Positions 1 through 9,053 of a stretch of DNA of 47,369 bases are shown piece by piece (the stretch's first letter is position 1; every line of letters starts with the position of its first letter). The stretch is from Parcubacteria group bacterium GW2011_GWC1_45_13 (lineage in GTDB: Bacteria > Patescibacteriota > Minisyncoccia > UBA11713 > 2-01-FULL-45-33), in NCBI GenBank assembly GCA_001001285.1, contig LCKG01000006.1:1-47369 (forward strand). Direction: 5' to 3'. Position numbers and translations under genes: made by a program. Below the pieces are notes generated by a model that made no database searches, was not told the DNA's origin, and saw nothing but the letters and a program-made list of their open reading frames with translations.

Positions 1-1
1 T

Positions 2-376
2 ACCTTAGACGGCGAAATATCCGCGCAAAAAAGCGTGCGCTTAAAAACAACTATGCCAGAAATTTTATTTTATGAAACCAACGCGCTTACCGGATTAAAA
101 CCCGTGGCACTGAATTCTTTTTTGGGCCGGGCGGGGAATTCGTTTTCAATATTGGCGGAACCTTTTTATTTTGATTTAGGTTCTTTGGTGCGCGCTAAAT
201 TCAATTGGAGCGCGAACGGAGCGGCGGCTACACCGAATCTAAAAAATCCATTGCTTTTGGAGTTGGCCTCTCCGGTAAATACCGATTCAGCAACAACTTT
301 TGATTTAAAAATTGAAGACGGCCAAGCGCTTTTCCAGCGAGCCGAGGCATTAATAAATATCTCCGCCACAAAATGA
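2..376 (+). CDS. hypothetical protein, 5'-truncated by window edge
   Basis: The frame is open from base 2 with no upstream stop. Its stop overlaps the next ATG (ATGA at 373-376), suggesting translational coupling with the pilin-like gene. No motif recognised. Confidence 0.4.
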   Translation, partial: TLDGEISAQKSVRLKTTMPEILFYETNALTGLKPVALNSFLGRAGNSFSILAEPFYFDLGSLVRAKFNWSANGAAATPNLKNPLLLELASPVNTDSATTFDLKIEDGQALFQRAEALINISATK

Positions 377-951
377 AAACCAAAATTTTAATACCAATAT
401 TTTTATTTTTATTGACTGGCACGGCCTTGGCGTATAATTTGCTCCAGCCGCTCCCAGGCGTTGGGCGGACTGTTGATACTTTCCCGGATTATATTACAAA
501 AATAATTCCTTTTATTTTGGGTTTGGCGGCGGTTCTGGCGGTAGTAGAAATCGTTATCGGGGGAATAGAATACGCCGTCACGGAAGCGATTGATTCCAAG
601 GCGGATGCCATAGACCGCATCCGACAAGCGATTTTGGGGCTTTTACTCGCGCTGGCATCCTGGCTGATTCTTTACACTATCAACCCGGAGCTAATAAATT
701 TGAAATTGAATATTCCGGGCCTCCCGGGCGCACAACAAACAGGGCCTGATCCTATTGGCTTGCCATGTACTACACAATCTGAATGCGCGCCCGGATTCTG
801 CGATATTCTGTCCAGACAAAGTGTTGGTACATGCAAACTTTCTGCGGGAACATGCCAAAAGCCGGCTGACTGCTCATCTAATATCTGTAATATTCCCTCA
901 GGAAGCACAATCGGCGCCTGCACCCCCGCCACAATTATACCGCCGCCTTAA
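373..951 (+). CDS. TrbC/VirB2-type (T4SS-pilin-like) membrane protein with C-terminal Cys-rich tandem repeat
   Basis: Signal peptide (MKTKILIPIFLFLLTGTALA). Two hydrophobic helices flank a short charged loop (IIPFILGLAAVLAVVEIVIGGIEYAVTEA...RIRQAILGLLLALASWLILYTINP), as in conjugative-pilin-like proteins common in CPR genomes. The tail carries 8 Cys. Confidence 0.6.
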   Translation: MKTKILIPIFLFLLTGTALAYNLLQPLPGVGRTVDTFPDYITKIIPFILGLAAVLAVVEIVIGGIEYAVTEAIDSKADAIDRIRQAILGLLLALASWLILYTINPELINLKLNIPGLPGAQQTGPDPIGLPCTTQSECAPGFCDILSRQSVGTCKLSAGTCQKPADCSSNICNIPSGSTIGACTPATIIPPP

Positions 952-958
952 AAATAAC

Positions 959-2173
959 ATGGAAAATCTTTTAACAAGAAGGAATATAATAATCGCGGGT
1001 GTGGGAATTGTAATCATTATCGGCCTGCTTATTTATTTTGGGTCAAAGAGCGGGACGGAAAGAACCGGCGGAGGAGGATTTTTGGGGGCCATATTTCCCT
1101 CTTCGGCGCCCTCCCCAACACTCGGTGTCCCGGGGACACCGAGTGTTCCCCTGAGTGGCCCAGCCGAACTTCCCTTAAGTAGTAGCGCGGCCAATGCTCT
1201 GCCGGTTGGCACATTAATCCGCCTAAGCGAAGCCAATATTTCCTCGCTCGTCGGCGTCGGGACGACTTCCGTCCGCTACCACAAAAACATTCCGGAAAAT
1301 CTTGGGCATCTTTTTGAGAGAAGAGCCGACGGGACGGATGCAGAAAAAAGGATATCCAATTTCACAATTCCACAAATTCTCCGCGTCGTCTGGGCGTCAG
1401 ATGCCCAGCGCGCGGTAATTTTTTACAACTTAGACGACCAAGTCAGAAAACTTTTGATTGACTACAGCACCACAACTCCCAAAACTAATTTTCTTCCGGA
1501 CGCCGTTTCGGACGTGGCTTTTTCTCTGGATTCCAAATCGCTGGCGTTTATAAATGATGCGGGCGATAACCAAAATATTTTTACGGCTACGTCAGATTTT
1601 AAGAATCAGAGAAAAATTTTTGATAATATTATTCCGGGTCTGGAAATTTCCTGGTCGGCCGCGAATACTATCGCCCTAAAAACAAAATCTTCTTACGCCG
1701 TGCGCGGATTTCTTTACACCGTAAATCCGTCAACCGGAGCGTTTAATAAAATCGCCGAGGGTTTGGGCTTGGACGTCGTTTTGAACGCCGACGGCTCGGG
1801 CGCTCTTTACTCAACCGTAAGCTCCGACGGGGTTTTGCTTAACTTGAGATTTGTGGACATAAAAAGCGGCGAAGCCAAAGAGCTAAACGTAAAAACCATC
1901 GCCGAAAAATGCGCGTTTCTCAAAACTTTAAAACACGCGGCCTACTGCGCTGTCCCTAAAAACCCCTCCGGAGTGCTTCCCGACGATTGGTGGAAAGGTA
2001 AAGTATCGTTCAGGGACGATTTTGTCTTAATTGACACAGCAACCGGTCAAGTATCGTCTTTCGTCCCAACACCGTTAAACATTATTTCTCCGAAAATCCT
2101 CGCCGACGATTCGTATATTCTATTTCAAGACAAAATCAGCAGTAATCTCTGGAGCCTTAAATTAAAGCCGTAA
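959..2173 (+). CDS. membrane-anchored protein with TolB/PD40-like beta-propeller repeats (hypothetical)
   Basis: The ORF track starts at 755, but that overlaps the previous gene. The in-frame ATG at 959 gives MENLLTRRNIIIAGVGIVIIIGLLIYF (TM anchor), then a Pro/Ser linker. Repeats such as SLDSKSLAFINDAGD resemble PD40 motifs. Confidence 0.55.
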   Translation: MENLLTRRNIIIAGVGIVIIIGLLIYFGSKSGTERTGGGGFLGAIFPSSAPSPTLGVPGTPSVPLSGPAELPLSSSAANALPVGTLIRLSEANISSLVGVGTTSVRYHKNIPENLGHLFERRADGTDAEKRISNFTIPQILRVVWASDAQRAVIFYNLDDQVRKLLIDYSTTTPKTNFLPDAVSDVAFSLDSKSLAFINDAGDNQNIFTATSDFKNQRKIFDNIIPGLEISWSAANTIALKTKSSYAVRGFLYTVNPSTGAFNKIAEGLGLDVVLNADGSGALYSTVSSDGVLLNLRFVDIKSGEAKELNVKTIAEKCAFLKTLKHAAYCAVPKNPSGVLPDDWWKGKVSFRDDFVLIDTATGQVSSFVPTPLNIISPKILADDSYILFQDKISSNLWSLKLKP

Positions 2174-2188
2174 TAAATTAAAAAATCT

Positions 2189-2674
2189 TTAAACCAAATC
2201 CAGCGGTTTGATGACCACCCTACGCTCGGGGCCTTCGCCGGTGCTTTCGGTTGCTATATCAGGATATTCCTGCAAAACCGAGTGCACTATTCTCCGCTCA
2301 TAGGCGTTCATTGGTTTCATCTCCATTGGTTTTTTAAAATAACGGACGCGTTGGGCGTGCATGCGCGCCGCATCTTTTATTTCCTCTATTCTTTTTTTAT
2401 TGTAATCATTGATGTCTATAAAAAAATGGAATTTTTCTCCAGCTGGCGGATTCGGAAATTTTTGTTCATAAATTCTTTTTATAACATGCGAAAACGCGCT
2501 TAGATGCTTGCCGTTGTCGCCAATTAAAAGCGGGGCGTCTTGGGCTTTTATAATAAACCAACTATCCTCGCCGCCATCCTGAAATTCCAAGGAAAAAGAA
2601 AACCCCATCTGATGAAGCAGAGTTTTGATGGCATTTTCAACAAATTCTATGTGCGGTTTTTTATCCTCCTGCAT
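2189..2674 (-). CDS. jag: Jag/KhpB RNA-binding protein (KH + R3H domains)
   Basis: R3H motif (ERRIVHSVLQEYPDI...RRVVIKP). Position immediately downstream of yidC, overlapping it by 14 nt, matches the conserved rnpA-yidC-jag order. Confidence 0.8.
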   Translation of the reverse strand: MQEDKKPHIEFVENAIKTLLHQMGFSFSLEFQDGGEDSWFIIKAQDAPLLIGDNGKHLSAFSHVIKRIYEQKFPNPPAGEKFHFFIDINDYNKKRIEEIKDAARMHAQRVRYFKKPMEMKPMNAYERRIVHSVLQEYPDIATESTGEGPERRVVIKPLDLV

Positions 2675-3386
2675 GTAAAAGCGTCTCGCGCGCTTTTTTG
2701 CGCACGTGCGCTTCGTGCACTATAGCAAAAACATTCATGGCTGTCCAATAAAGAGAGACCGCTGCCGGCAGTTTAAAGCCCAAAATAAAAATAATAAAAG
2801 GAAACACGTAAAGCATCTGCCATTGCATCGCTTGGCCCATATCGCCTTTCGCGGGAGATATAGTTTTGGGCGGAAAAGCTAATTTTGCCTGCCAAAATTG
2901 CGAAAGCGCTGCCAAAGCGGCAAGCCCGATGTTGGCGCTGGTTAAGGAAATAAAACCTAAAAAAATTGTGTTTATATTCTCCGGTATTTTTAAAAAGGAA
3001 TAAACGTCGCCAGCTGGGAAAGGAAGCCCATACAAAAAAACTTGGTACATAGCAAAAAGTATCGGGAGTTGTATTAGTAGAATAAAAAATCCAGAAAGCG
3101 GATTTATACCATGTTTTTTATAAAGTTCCATTAAGGCCTTTGCTTGGTCTTCCTTATTTTTGTTGTCCGCGTAAATTTTCTTAACTTCCGGCTCAATATT
3201 TTTCATAGCATTCTGGGTCTTGAGCATTTTATGCGTCATAGGGAACATCAGTGTTCTGATAATAACGGTGAGCAAAATAACTGCCAAACCCAAATCATGC
3301 CCCGGAAGCACTGTGGTTAAAAATATAAGCGCGTTTAAAATCGGCTTGTAAAAAAATGTGTTAAAAAATATTTTGAGCCAGAACAT
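2661..3386 (-). CDS. yidC: membrane protein insertase YidC (short form)
   Basis: Polytopic YidC/Oxa1-like sequence (PLSGFFILLIQLPILFAMYQ, LYWTAMNVFAIVH). Conserved position after rnpA. Confidence 0.85.
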   Translation of the reverse strand: MFWLKIFFNTFFYKPILNALIFLTTVLPGHDLGLAVILLTVIIRTLMFPMTHKMLKTQNAMKNIEPEVKKIYADNKNKEDQAKALMELYKKHGINPLSGFFILLIQLPILFAMYQVFLYGLPFPAGDVYSFLKIPENINTIFLGFISLTSANIGLAALAALSQFWQAKLAFPPKTISPAKGDMGQAMQWQMLYVFPFIIFILGFKLPAAVSLYWTAMNVFAIVHEAHVRKKARETLLHAGG

Positions 3387-3720
3387 ATTTTATATCTTCT
3401 TTGATCTCTTTAAAGGACGGCGCGAATCTCTCTGATAATTTAATAAAAAAAACAACATCCCGGCCCTGCCCGTCCGGCAGGCGGGCAGCGTGCATTGTTT
3501 TTAAAAAACTTTTCGCGGCTTCGGACATACGCCTTCTGGTTAAGTTACGCAAAACCGCCCCTCGAGTTTTAGGCCCGGAAACTATAAAGGCAAAACGGTT
3601 TGCTTGTCTCTCGTTATTGAGAGTCCTCACGGAAATAATTTTCCCACGGAAACTCCGCGTTTTTGATCTAAAAAGCTTTGCCAAATCTGCTCTGTTGAGC
3701 CTGAACGTTTTTTTCAGCAT
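3361..3720 (-). CDS. rnpA: ribonuclease P protein component
   Basis: Small basic protein (LKKTFRLNRADLAKLFRSK...) directly downstream of rpmH and upstream of yidC. Confidence 0.8.
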   Translation of the reverse strand: MLKKTFRLNRADLAKLFRSKTRSFRGKIISVRTLNNERQANRFAFIVSGPKTRGAVLRNLTRRRMSEAAKSFLKTMHAARLPDGQGRDVVFFIKLSERFAPSFKEIKEDIKYVLAQNIF

Positions 3721-3726
3721 AGCACA

Positions 3727-3861
3727 TTAAACCGCCAGGCGGTGTCTACCCTTCCGGCGTCTTCTGGCGAGAATGTTTTTGCCAGTTTTGGAGCGCATTC
3801 TCTTTAAAAATCCGTGCTTCTTGGATCTTTTTCTTTTTTTGGGCTGGTAAGTGACTGACAT
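3727..3861 (-). CDS. rpmH: 50S ribosomal protein L34
   Basis: Not in the ORF track (44 aa). Manual translation of the minus strand gives [44 protein letters not shown] followed by TAA, the canonical L34 sequence, divergent from dnaA. Confidence 0.92.
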   Translation of the reverse strand: MSVTYQPKKRKRSKKHGFLKRMRSKTGKNILARRRRKGRHRLAV

Positions 3862-3874
3862 AATTTTTTAATTT

Positions 3875-3917
3875 TACAACAATTCCTATTTTTTGCAATA
3901 TTCACAACTCATCCACA
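3875..3917. promoter_or_regulatory. oriC-like module A (TACAACAATT ... ATTCACA ... DnaA-box-like TCATCCACA)
   Basis: AT-rich rpmH-dnaA spacer. TCATCCACA at 3909-3917 is one mismatch from TTATCCACA. The same ordered motif set recurs at 5418-5449. Confidence 0.5.
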
Positions 3918-3971
3918 ATATATTAACATCTTTTATGATGCAAAGTAAAACAATAGTTTTATAGTAATACC

Positions 3972-5336
3972 ATGACCAATGAAGAATTATGGGGTCGGGC
4001 GCTAATCGAAATAGAGCTTGCTGTGTCGCGGGCGAATTTTGTGACCTGGTTTAAAGACACCCGAATTCTTGACTTCGAGGAAGGCGCCGTCACGGTCGGA
4101 GTCCCCAATGGATTTTCCAAAGAATGGCTGGAAAATAAATTTCATAAATTTATTTTGAAATCCTTAAGAACCCATGCTCCGGAAATCCGCGCTATTAACT
4201 ATTCAATAGCCACTCCTTCAACCTCGACCGCGGCTAAAATTAAATTTAAAAAAGAACTCCCATCTCTTCACGAAGAACAGCTTGAATTTAAAGATTTTTA
4301 CGTAGACCCGAAAACCAATCTTAACCCCAAATACACACTTGATACTTTTGTCGTCGGATCCTTTAACGAACTGGCCCACGCGGCGGCCTTAGCTGTGATT
4401 AAAAGCTTGGGCAGGGTTTATAATCCATTATTTCTCTACGGCGGAGTGGGTTTGGGTAAAACCCATCTCTTGCAGGCTATTGGCAACGCCGTAATTAAAG
4501 AAAATCCAGGGAAAAAAGTGCACTACATCACTTCAGAAAAATTCAGCAATGAACTTGTCAGCTCCTTGCAAAATAATTACGTTCATAATTTTAAGGAAAA
4601 ATACAGGGAATTTGATTTATTGATTGTGGATGACGTCCAATTTTTTGCTGGCAAAACCAAAACCCAAGAAGAGTTTTTTTATACTTTTAACGCTTTATAT
4701 GAGGCCGGCAAGCAGGTTGTATTTTCTTCGGACCGTTCGCCGAAATCCATTTCGGATATCGGCGAACGGCTTCAATCGCGCATGGAGGCTGGTGTTATTA
4801 TAGATATTTCGGAGCCTGAATATGAATCGCGCCTGGCTATATTAAAATCCAAAATGTTAGAGAAAAACATCGACCTGCCGGGGAGCACCATTGAGCTTAT
4901 AGCTGTGCTTATTCATAAAAATATACGCGAGCTGGAAGGGGCGTTAAACACCATAAACATTCGGTCAAAATACCAAAATCGGGCACTGACTCAAGACGAA
5001 GTAAAGACTATTTTAAACAAGAATATTAAGCCAAAAAACACCGTAACTCCAAACCAAATAATAAAAACGGTTGCCGAATTCTATGATATTCAAGAAAAAG
5101 CCATATACGAACACACCAGAAAGACCGAGGTGGTAAAGCCGAGGCAAGTGGCTATGTATCTGATCCGAGAAGATTTAAAAGGATCTTATCCGTTTATTGG
5201 CCAGAAGTTCGGTGGCATGGACCACACCACCGCCATCCATGCTTACGAAAAAATTGTTCGAGAATTAAAAAAGGATTCTAAATTAGATGATGAATTAAAA
5301 TCTATCAGAAATAAATATCAAAACATATATAAATAA
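3972..5336 (+). CDS. dnaA: chromosomal replication initiator protein DnaA
   Basis: AAA+ Walker A (GGVGLGKTHL), Walker B (LLIVDDVQF) and the C-terminal DnaA-box-binding HTH (VAMYLIRE...GGMDHTTAIHAYEKI). Confidence 0.97.
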   Translation: MTNEELWGRALIEIELAVSRANFVTWFKDTRILDFEEGAVTVGVPNGFSKEWLENKFHKFILKSLRTHAPEIRAINYSIATPSTSTAAKIKFKKELPSLHEEQLEFKDFYVDPKTNLNPKYTLDTFVVGSFNELAHAAALAVIKSLGRVYNPLFLYGGVGLGKTHLLQAIGNAVIKENPGKKVHYITSEKFSNELVSSLQNNYVHNFKEKYREFDLLIVDDVQFFAGKTKTQEEFFYTFNALYEAGKQVVFSSDRSPKSISDIGERLQSRMEAGVIIDISEPEYESRLAILKSKMLEKNIDLPGSTIELIAVLIHKNIRELEGALNTINIRSKYQNRALTQDEVKTILNKNIKPKNTVTPNQIIKTVAEFYDIQEKAIYEHTRKTEVVKPRQVAMYLIREDLKGSYPFIGQKFGGMDHTTAIHAYEKIVRELKKDSKLDDELKSIRNKYQNIYK

Positions 5337-5417
5337 AATGTGTATTAAAAAATTAAAAATATTTATACGATTAATATACACAGGTTATTTAAAACATTCG
5401 TTACCAAATCCTTAAAA

Positions 5418-5449
5418 TACAACAATTTTTTAAAATTCACATATCCACA
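5418..5449. promoter_or_regulatory. oriC-like module B (TACAACAATT ... ATTCACA + DnaA-box-like ATATCCACA)
   Basis: Very AT-rich dnaA-dnaN spacer. ATATCCACA at 5441-5449 is one mismatch from consensus. It shares TACAACAATT / ATTCACA / ATCCACAATA with module A. Confidence 0.5.
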
Positions 5450-5471
5450 ATACTTAATTATAATAAATTTT

Positions 5472-6575
5472 ATGAAAATTCAATGTTTAAATAAAAATTT
5501 AAAAGAAGCTGTAATTATTGCCGAAAGAAATATTTCAAAGAATCAAACCTTACCAATTTTAAATTCTATATTTTTAGAAGTAAATAAAGATAGAATAAAA
5601 ATCAGAGCGACTAATCTTGAAACGGCGGTTGAGGTTACTGTGTCTGGGAAAATACAGGAAACAGGTATTCTCGCGATTCCAGCTAAGACCATTAGTTCTT
5701 TTCTTGCGAACATTGGAGATGAACAAATTATATTACAAACCCAAAAAAACAACCTATTTATTAAAACTAATGCCATAGAAACAACCATTCATGGTTATCC
5801 ACCGGAAGATTTCCCAATTTTCCCAAAACTTGAATCTCCGGAAACATTTACATTAACATCTCTGGAATTAAAGCAAGGGTTGTCTTCGGTGGCCATAGCT
5901 TCCAGTATTTCGGATATAAAACCAGAGCTGGCCAGTATATTTTTTAATATTTTTAAAAACACAATAAAAATAGCGGCCACAGATTCCTTTAGGCTCGCAG
6001 AAAAAAATCTTGTTTTGAGTAAACTGCGCGCCGAAAAGATGCTTTCTTTTTTGATTCCCCAGAGAGCCGTCAGTGAAATTTTAAGGCTCTTGGAAAACGA
6101 CGAAGACATTGAGGTGGGGGTGAATAAAAACCAGATTATATTTTCCGGAGCAAATTATAAATTCATATCCCGGCTCACGGACGGCAAGTTTCCTGATTAC
6201 GAACAAATCATACCGAAAAAATTTAACGCCGCCGCCGTAGCCAAAAAATCGGATATTTTATCGCATATAAAACTGGCCAGCGTGTTCGTTGGAAAGTTAA
6301 ACGAGCTTGCACTTTCTTTTAATCCGGCGAAAAAAGCAATTTTATTAAACACTTCACATTCCGATGTGGGTGAACACTCCTCAATTGTAGCAGCTACGGC
6401 GCAAGGCGAAAGCATCGTGGCGAAATTTAACTGGAAATATTTATTGGACGGAATTTCCCAGATAAACAATGAATACGTGGAATTTAACATGAATAGCGAC
6501 CAATCGCCTCTGCTCATCAAAGGCAAAGGCGACGCGTCTTATATTTATCTAGTTATGCCAATGAGGGGAGTATAG
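5472..6575 (+). CDS. dnaN: DNA polymerase III beta sliding clamp
   Basis: 367 aa immediately after dnaA, with three-domain clamp-like periodicity and the typical C-terminus (PLLIKG...YLVMPMR). Confidence 0.93.
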   Translation: MKIQCLNKNLKEAVIIAERNISKNQTLPILNSIFLEVNKDRIKIRATNLETAVEVTVSGKIQETGILAIPAKTISSFLANIGDEQIILQTQKNNLFIKTNAIETTIHGYPPEDFPIFPKLESPETFTLTSLELKQGLSSVAIASSISDIKPELASIFFNIFKNTIKIAATDSFRLAEKNLVLSKLRAEKMLSFLIPQRAVSEILRLLENDEDIEVGVNKNQIIFSGANYKFISRLTDGKFPDYEQIIPKKFNAAAVAKKSDILSHIKLASVFVGKLNELALSFNPAKKAILLNTSHSDVGEHSSIVAATAQGESIVAKFNWKYLLDGISQINNEYVEFNMNSDQSPLLIKGKGDASYIYLVMPMRGV

Positions 6576-9001
6576 AACTCGGTGGTGTTGCCGACGGAAT
6601 CGTACGCTTTTACTTTTATAGTGATATAATTTTGCTCTCCCAGACGGGTGAGAAGCAGCGCCAGCTCGAATGGATATGTTTTCATCCCTCCCAGATATTC
6701 ATCGTTGGCGAAATAATCAACTTGTACAATACCAAATTTACTTTCTATCCGCGGACGGAAAACCACAGTGTCGCTTTTGCTGTAAGTAGTTTTTTGCGGA
6801 GATACGTCTAATTTTGTTATTTTAGGAAAGTTTTCCGGAACGTGAACATTATCGTATGCTGTCGGCATAACGCTTTCGTTTTGATCTGAAAGTCCGTTGG
6901 CCAGCGCCCAGGCGCGCACCGGCCCTTCCCAATTTTTCAGTTGCGCGCTTTCCTGGTCAATCCAGTAAAGAATAGAATGCACCTTCCGCACAACTCTTTT
7001 TTCCTGCGTTTCCGGCGGAGTGTATGGTGTCGCAAGCTTCCCGGAAATTTTATCAATAATAAATTCTTCGCCCCCTCGCCATTCTCCGCGAAGATAAGGT
7101 TTGGGTCCGCCAGCCGGCGGTTCAAAAGGATCCGGTGGAACAAAAACTGAAGAGGTGGCGTTAGACGTGGCAAAATCCATAATTTCATGCCACCAGGGAG
7201 CCACGATAAAACCAGCCACCTTTTTTTCCATCGGAGAATTATCGTTATTGCCTGCCCAGGCGCCGATAGCGATATTCGGCGTGTATCCGATTACCCAAGC
7301 ATCCCTATAGTCGTTGGTAGTGCCGGTTTTCGCGGCAACTTGCTTTTCCGTAAAATAAAGCGCTGAGAATTCTCCGAAAGAAGGCGCGCGGGCCTTGTCG
7401 TCGGATAAAATATTGCTTATGGTGCGCGCGATATTTTTATCTATCACCTCTCGGGGCTGGCTTCGGGCTTCGTAAATAATTTTTCCGACAGCGTCTTCAA
7501 TTTTCAAAATATATCTGTAAGGGTTTCTCACACCGTCGTTTGCGAACACGCTGTAGGCTGAAACCAATTCCAGCAGCGAAACTTCTCCGCCGCCTAAAAC
7601 CAAAGTAAGCCCGTATCTGTCTGGTTCATTTAAAGAAGTAATGCCGAAATCCCGGGCGGTGGCCAAAGAATCCGGAATACCGACAAGGTAAAGTGTTTTT
7701 ACAGAAGGAACATTGAGCGATTGTGACAAAGCTTCGCGCAAAGTAACCGGTCCGCGGAATTTATTGTCAAAATTTTGCGGGTGGTAGCATTTATCTTTGT
7801 CCACTCCGGCAGTAGGCTGGCCATCCGGCGTGCACAAGGGATTAAATTCGGTCGGCAAATCAAAAAGTGTTGTCTCCGGCGTGTAGCCCTTTTTAAAAGC
7901 TGTGGCGTAAACAAACGGTTTGAAAGAAGAGCCGGGCTGGCGGTGGGTTGTTGCGATATTAAAATTGCCCTCATGCTCCGTGTCAAAATAATTGCGCGAG
8001 CCAACCATTGCCAGAATATCACCTGTTTTGGGGCCAACGGCCACCACGCCCTCGTTTTTGGCGTTAAAATTCTTTTCATTGCTCTCGGCGTATTTATCCA
8101 CGACATCCTCCGCTTTTTGCTGAAGGCCTGTGTCAAGGGTTGTCGTAACTTTAAATCCGTTCGTTTCCACCGCGTCTTCACCGAATTTATTATTAAGTTC
8201 GTCTCTAACCTCAATTACAAAATGCGGCGCGATAATTCCCTGAGAGCGCGCCGGAGCGAATTTAACTTTTTGGTTTTTCGCGTCCTCATATTCTTTGTCC
8301 GACAAAAAACCCAAATCCTTCATGCGCTTTAAAGCAAATTGGGCGCGGCCGTCCAATTCCTTGGTGTGCTTGCCGTAAGGCGAATAATAACTGGGCGCTT
8401 TCGGCAGAGAAACCAAATAAGCAGACTCTAGGATTGTTAAATCTTTGGCGTGTTTGCTAAAAAATGATTCGGATGCCGCTTCTATTCCGTAAGCTGAACT
8501 GCCGTAAGGTATCTGGTTGAGATAAAAATTAAGTATTTCATCTTTGGAATAACGGCGCTCAATTTTAAAAGCTATAATTATCTCTTTTATTTTTCTTAGG
8601 ATTGTTTTTTCCGGAGTAAGCAGCGTGGTTTTCGCCAATTGCTGGGTTATTGTGGACCCCCCTTGCTCAAAACTGCCGCGCAGTATATTTATAAAAACCG
8701 CGCGCAGGAAAGCGAAAGGCCTAAAGCCGAAATGTTGGTAAAAGGAATCGTCTTCTATAGCGATGGTCGCGTTTTTCACGCTTCTGGGAATTTCATTAAA
8801 AGGAATCACCGTGCGTTTTTCTTCCCCATGCACGTCATAAAGCAGAATATTTCCAGTGCGGTCGTAAATTTTAGTAGACTCCGCGATTTTACGCTCATCA
8901 AAACTATTTAAATTCGGCACACTTACCGAGGCCACAAAAAATAGCAGAGCTCCGCCCAGAAGAATTCCCGCCAGCAATATCCTTATTAAAAACAATCTCA
9001 T
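6545..9001 (-). CDS. class A penicillin-binding protein (glycosyltransferase + transpeptidase)
   Basis: N-terminal TM. GT51 motifs (AIEDDSFYQHFG, GGSTITQQLAK, RKIKE). Transpeptidase SxxK (QPGSSFKP), SLN and KTGTT motifs. About 200 aa of C-terminal extension. Confidence 0.92.
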   Translation of the reverse strand: MRLFLIRILLAGILLGGALLFFVASVSVPNLNSFDERKIAESTKIYDRTGNILLYDVHGEEKRTVIPFNEIPRSVKNATIAIEDDSFYQHFGFRPFAFLRAVFINILRGSFEQGGSTITQQLAKTTLLTPEKTILRKIKEIIIAFKIERRYSKDEILNFYLNQIPYGSSAYGIEAASESFFSKHAKDLTILESAYLVSLPKAPSYYSPYGKHTKELDGRAQFALKRMKDLGFLSDKEYEDAKNQKVKFAPARSQGIIAPHFVIEVRDELNNKFGEDAVETNGFKVTTTLDTGLQQKAEDVVDKYAESNEKNFNAKNEGVVAVGPKTGDILAMVGSRNYFDTEHEGNFNIATTHRQPGSSFKPFVYATAFKKGYTPETTLFDLPTEFNPLCTPDGQPTAGVDKDKCYHPQNFDNKFRGPVTLREALSQSLNVPSVKTLYLVGIPDSLATARDFGITSLNEPDRYGLTLVLGGGEVSLLELVSAYSVFANDGVRNPYRYILKIEDAVGKIIYEARSQPREVIDKNIARTISNILSDDKARAPSFGEFSALYFTEKQVAAKTGTTNDYRDAWVIGYTPNIAIGAWAGNNDNSPMEKKVAGFIVAPWWHEIMDFATSNATSSVFVPPDPFEPPAGGPKPYLRGEWRGGEEFIIDKISGKLATPYTPPETQEKRVVRKVHSILYWIDQESAQLKNWEGPVRAWALANGLSDQNESVMPTAYDNVHVPENFPKITKLDVSPQKTTYSKSDTVVFRPRIESKFGIVQVDYFANDEYLGGMKTYPFELALLLTRLGEQNYITIKVKAYDSVGNTTEFYTPLIGITR

Positions 9002-9053
9002 TTGGCCTATTATAGAAGATTTTTTGCTTTTATGATAGGGTGAAAATAATCTT

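Noticed and set aside
755-958. N-terminal 68-aa extension of the ORF at 755-2173
   Set aside because: It lies entirely inside the pilin-like gene (373-951) in another frame. The in-frame ATG at 959, right after that gene's stop, gives a sensible TM-anchored N-terminus.
6937-8332. Several 69-185-aa ORFs inside and antisense to the PBP gene (e.g. 7699-8214 minus, 7775-8332 plus)
   Set aside because: They are alternative-frame or antisense shadows of a long, motif-rich, clearly genuine PBP gene. The translations are Arg/Leu/Cys-rich with no motifs.
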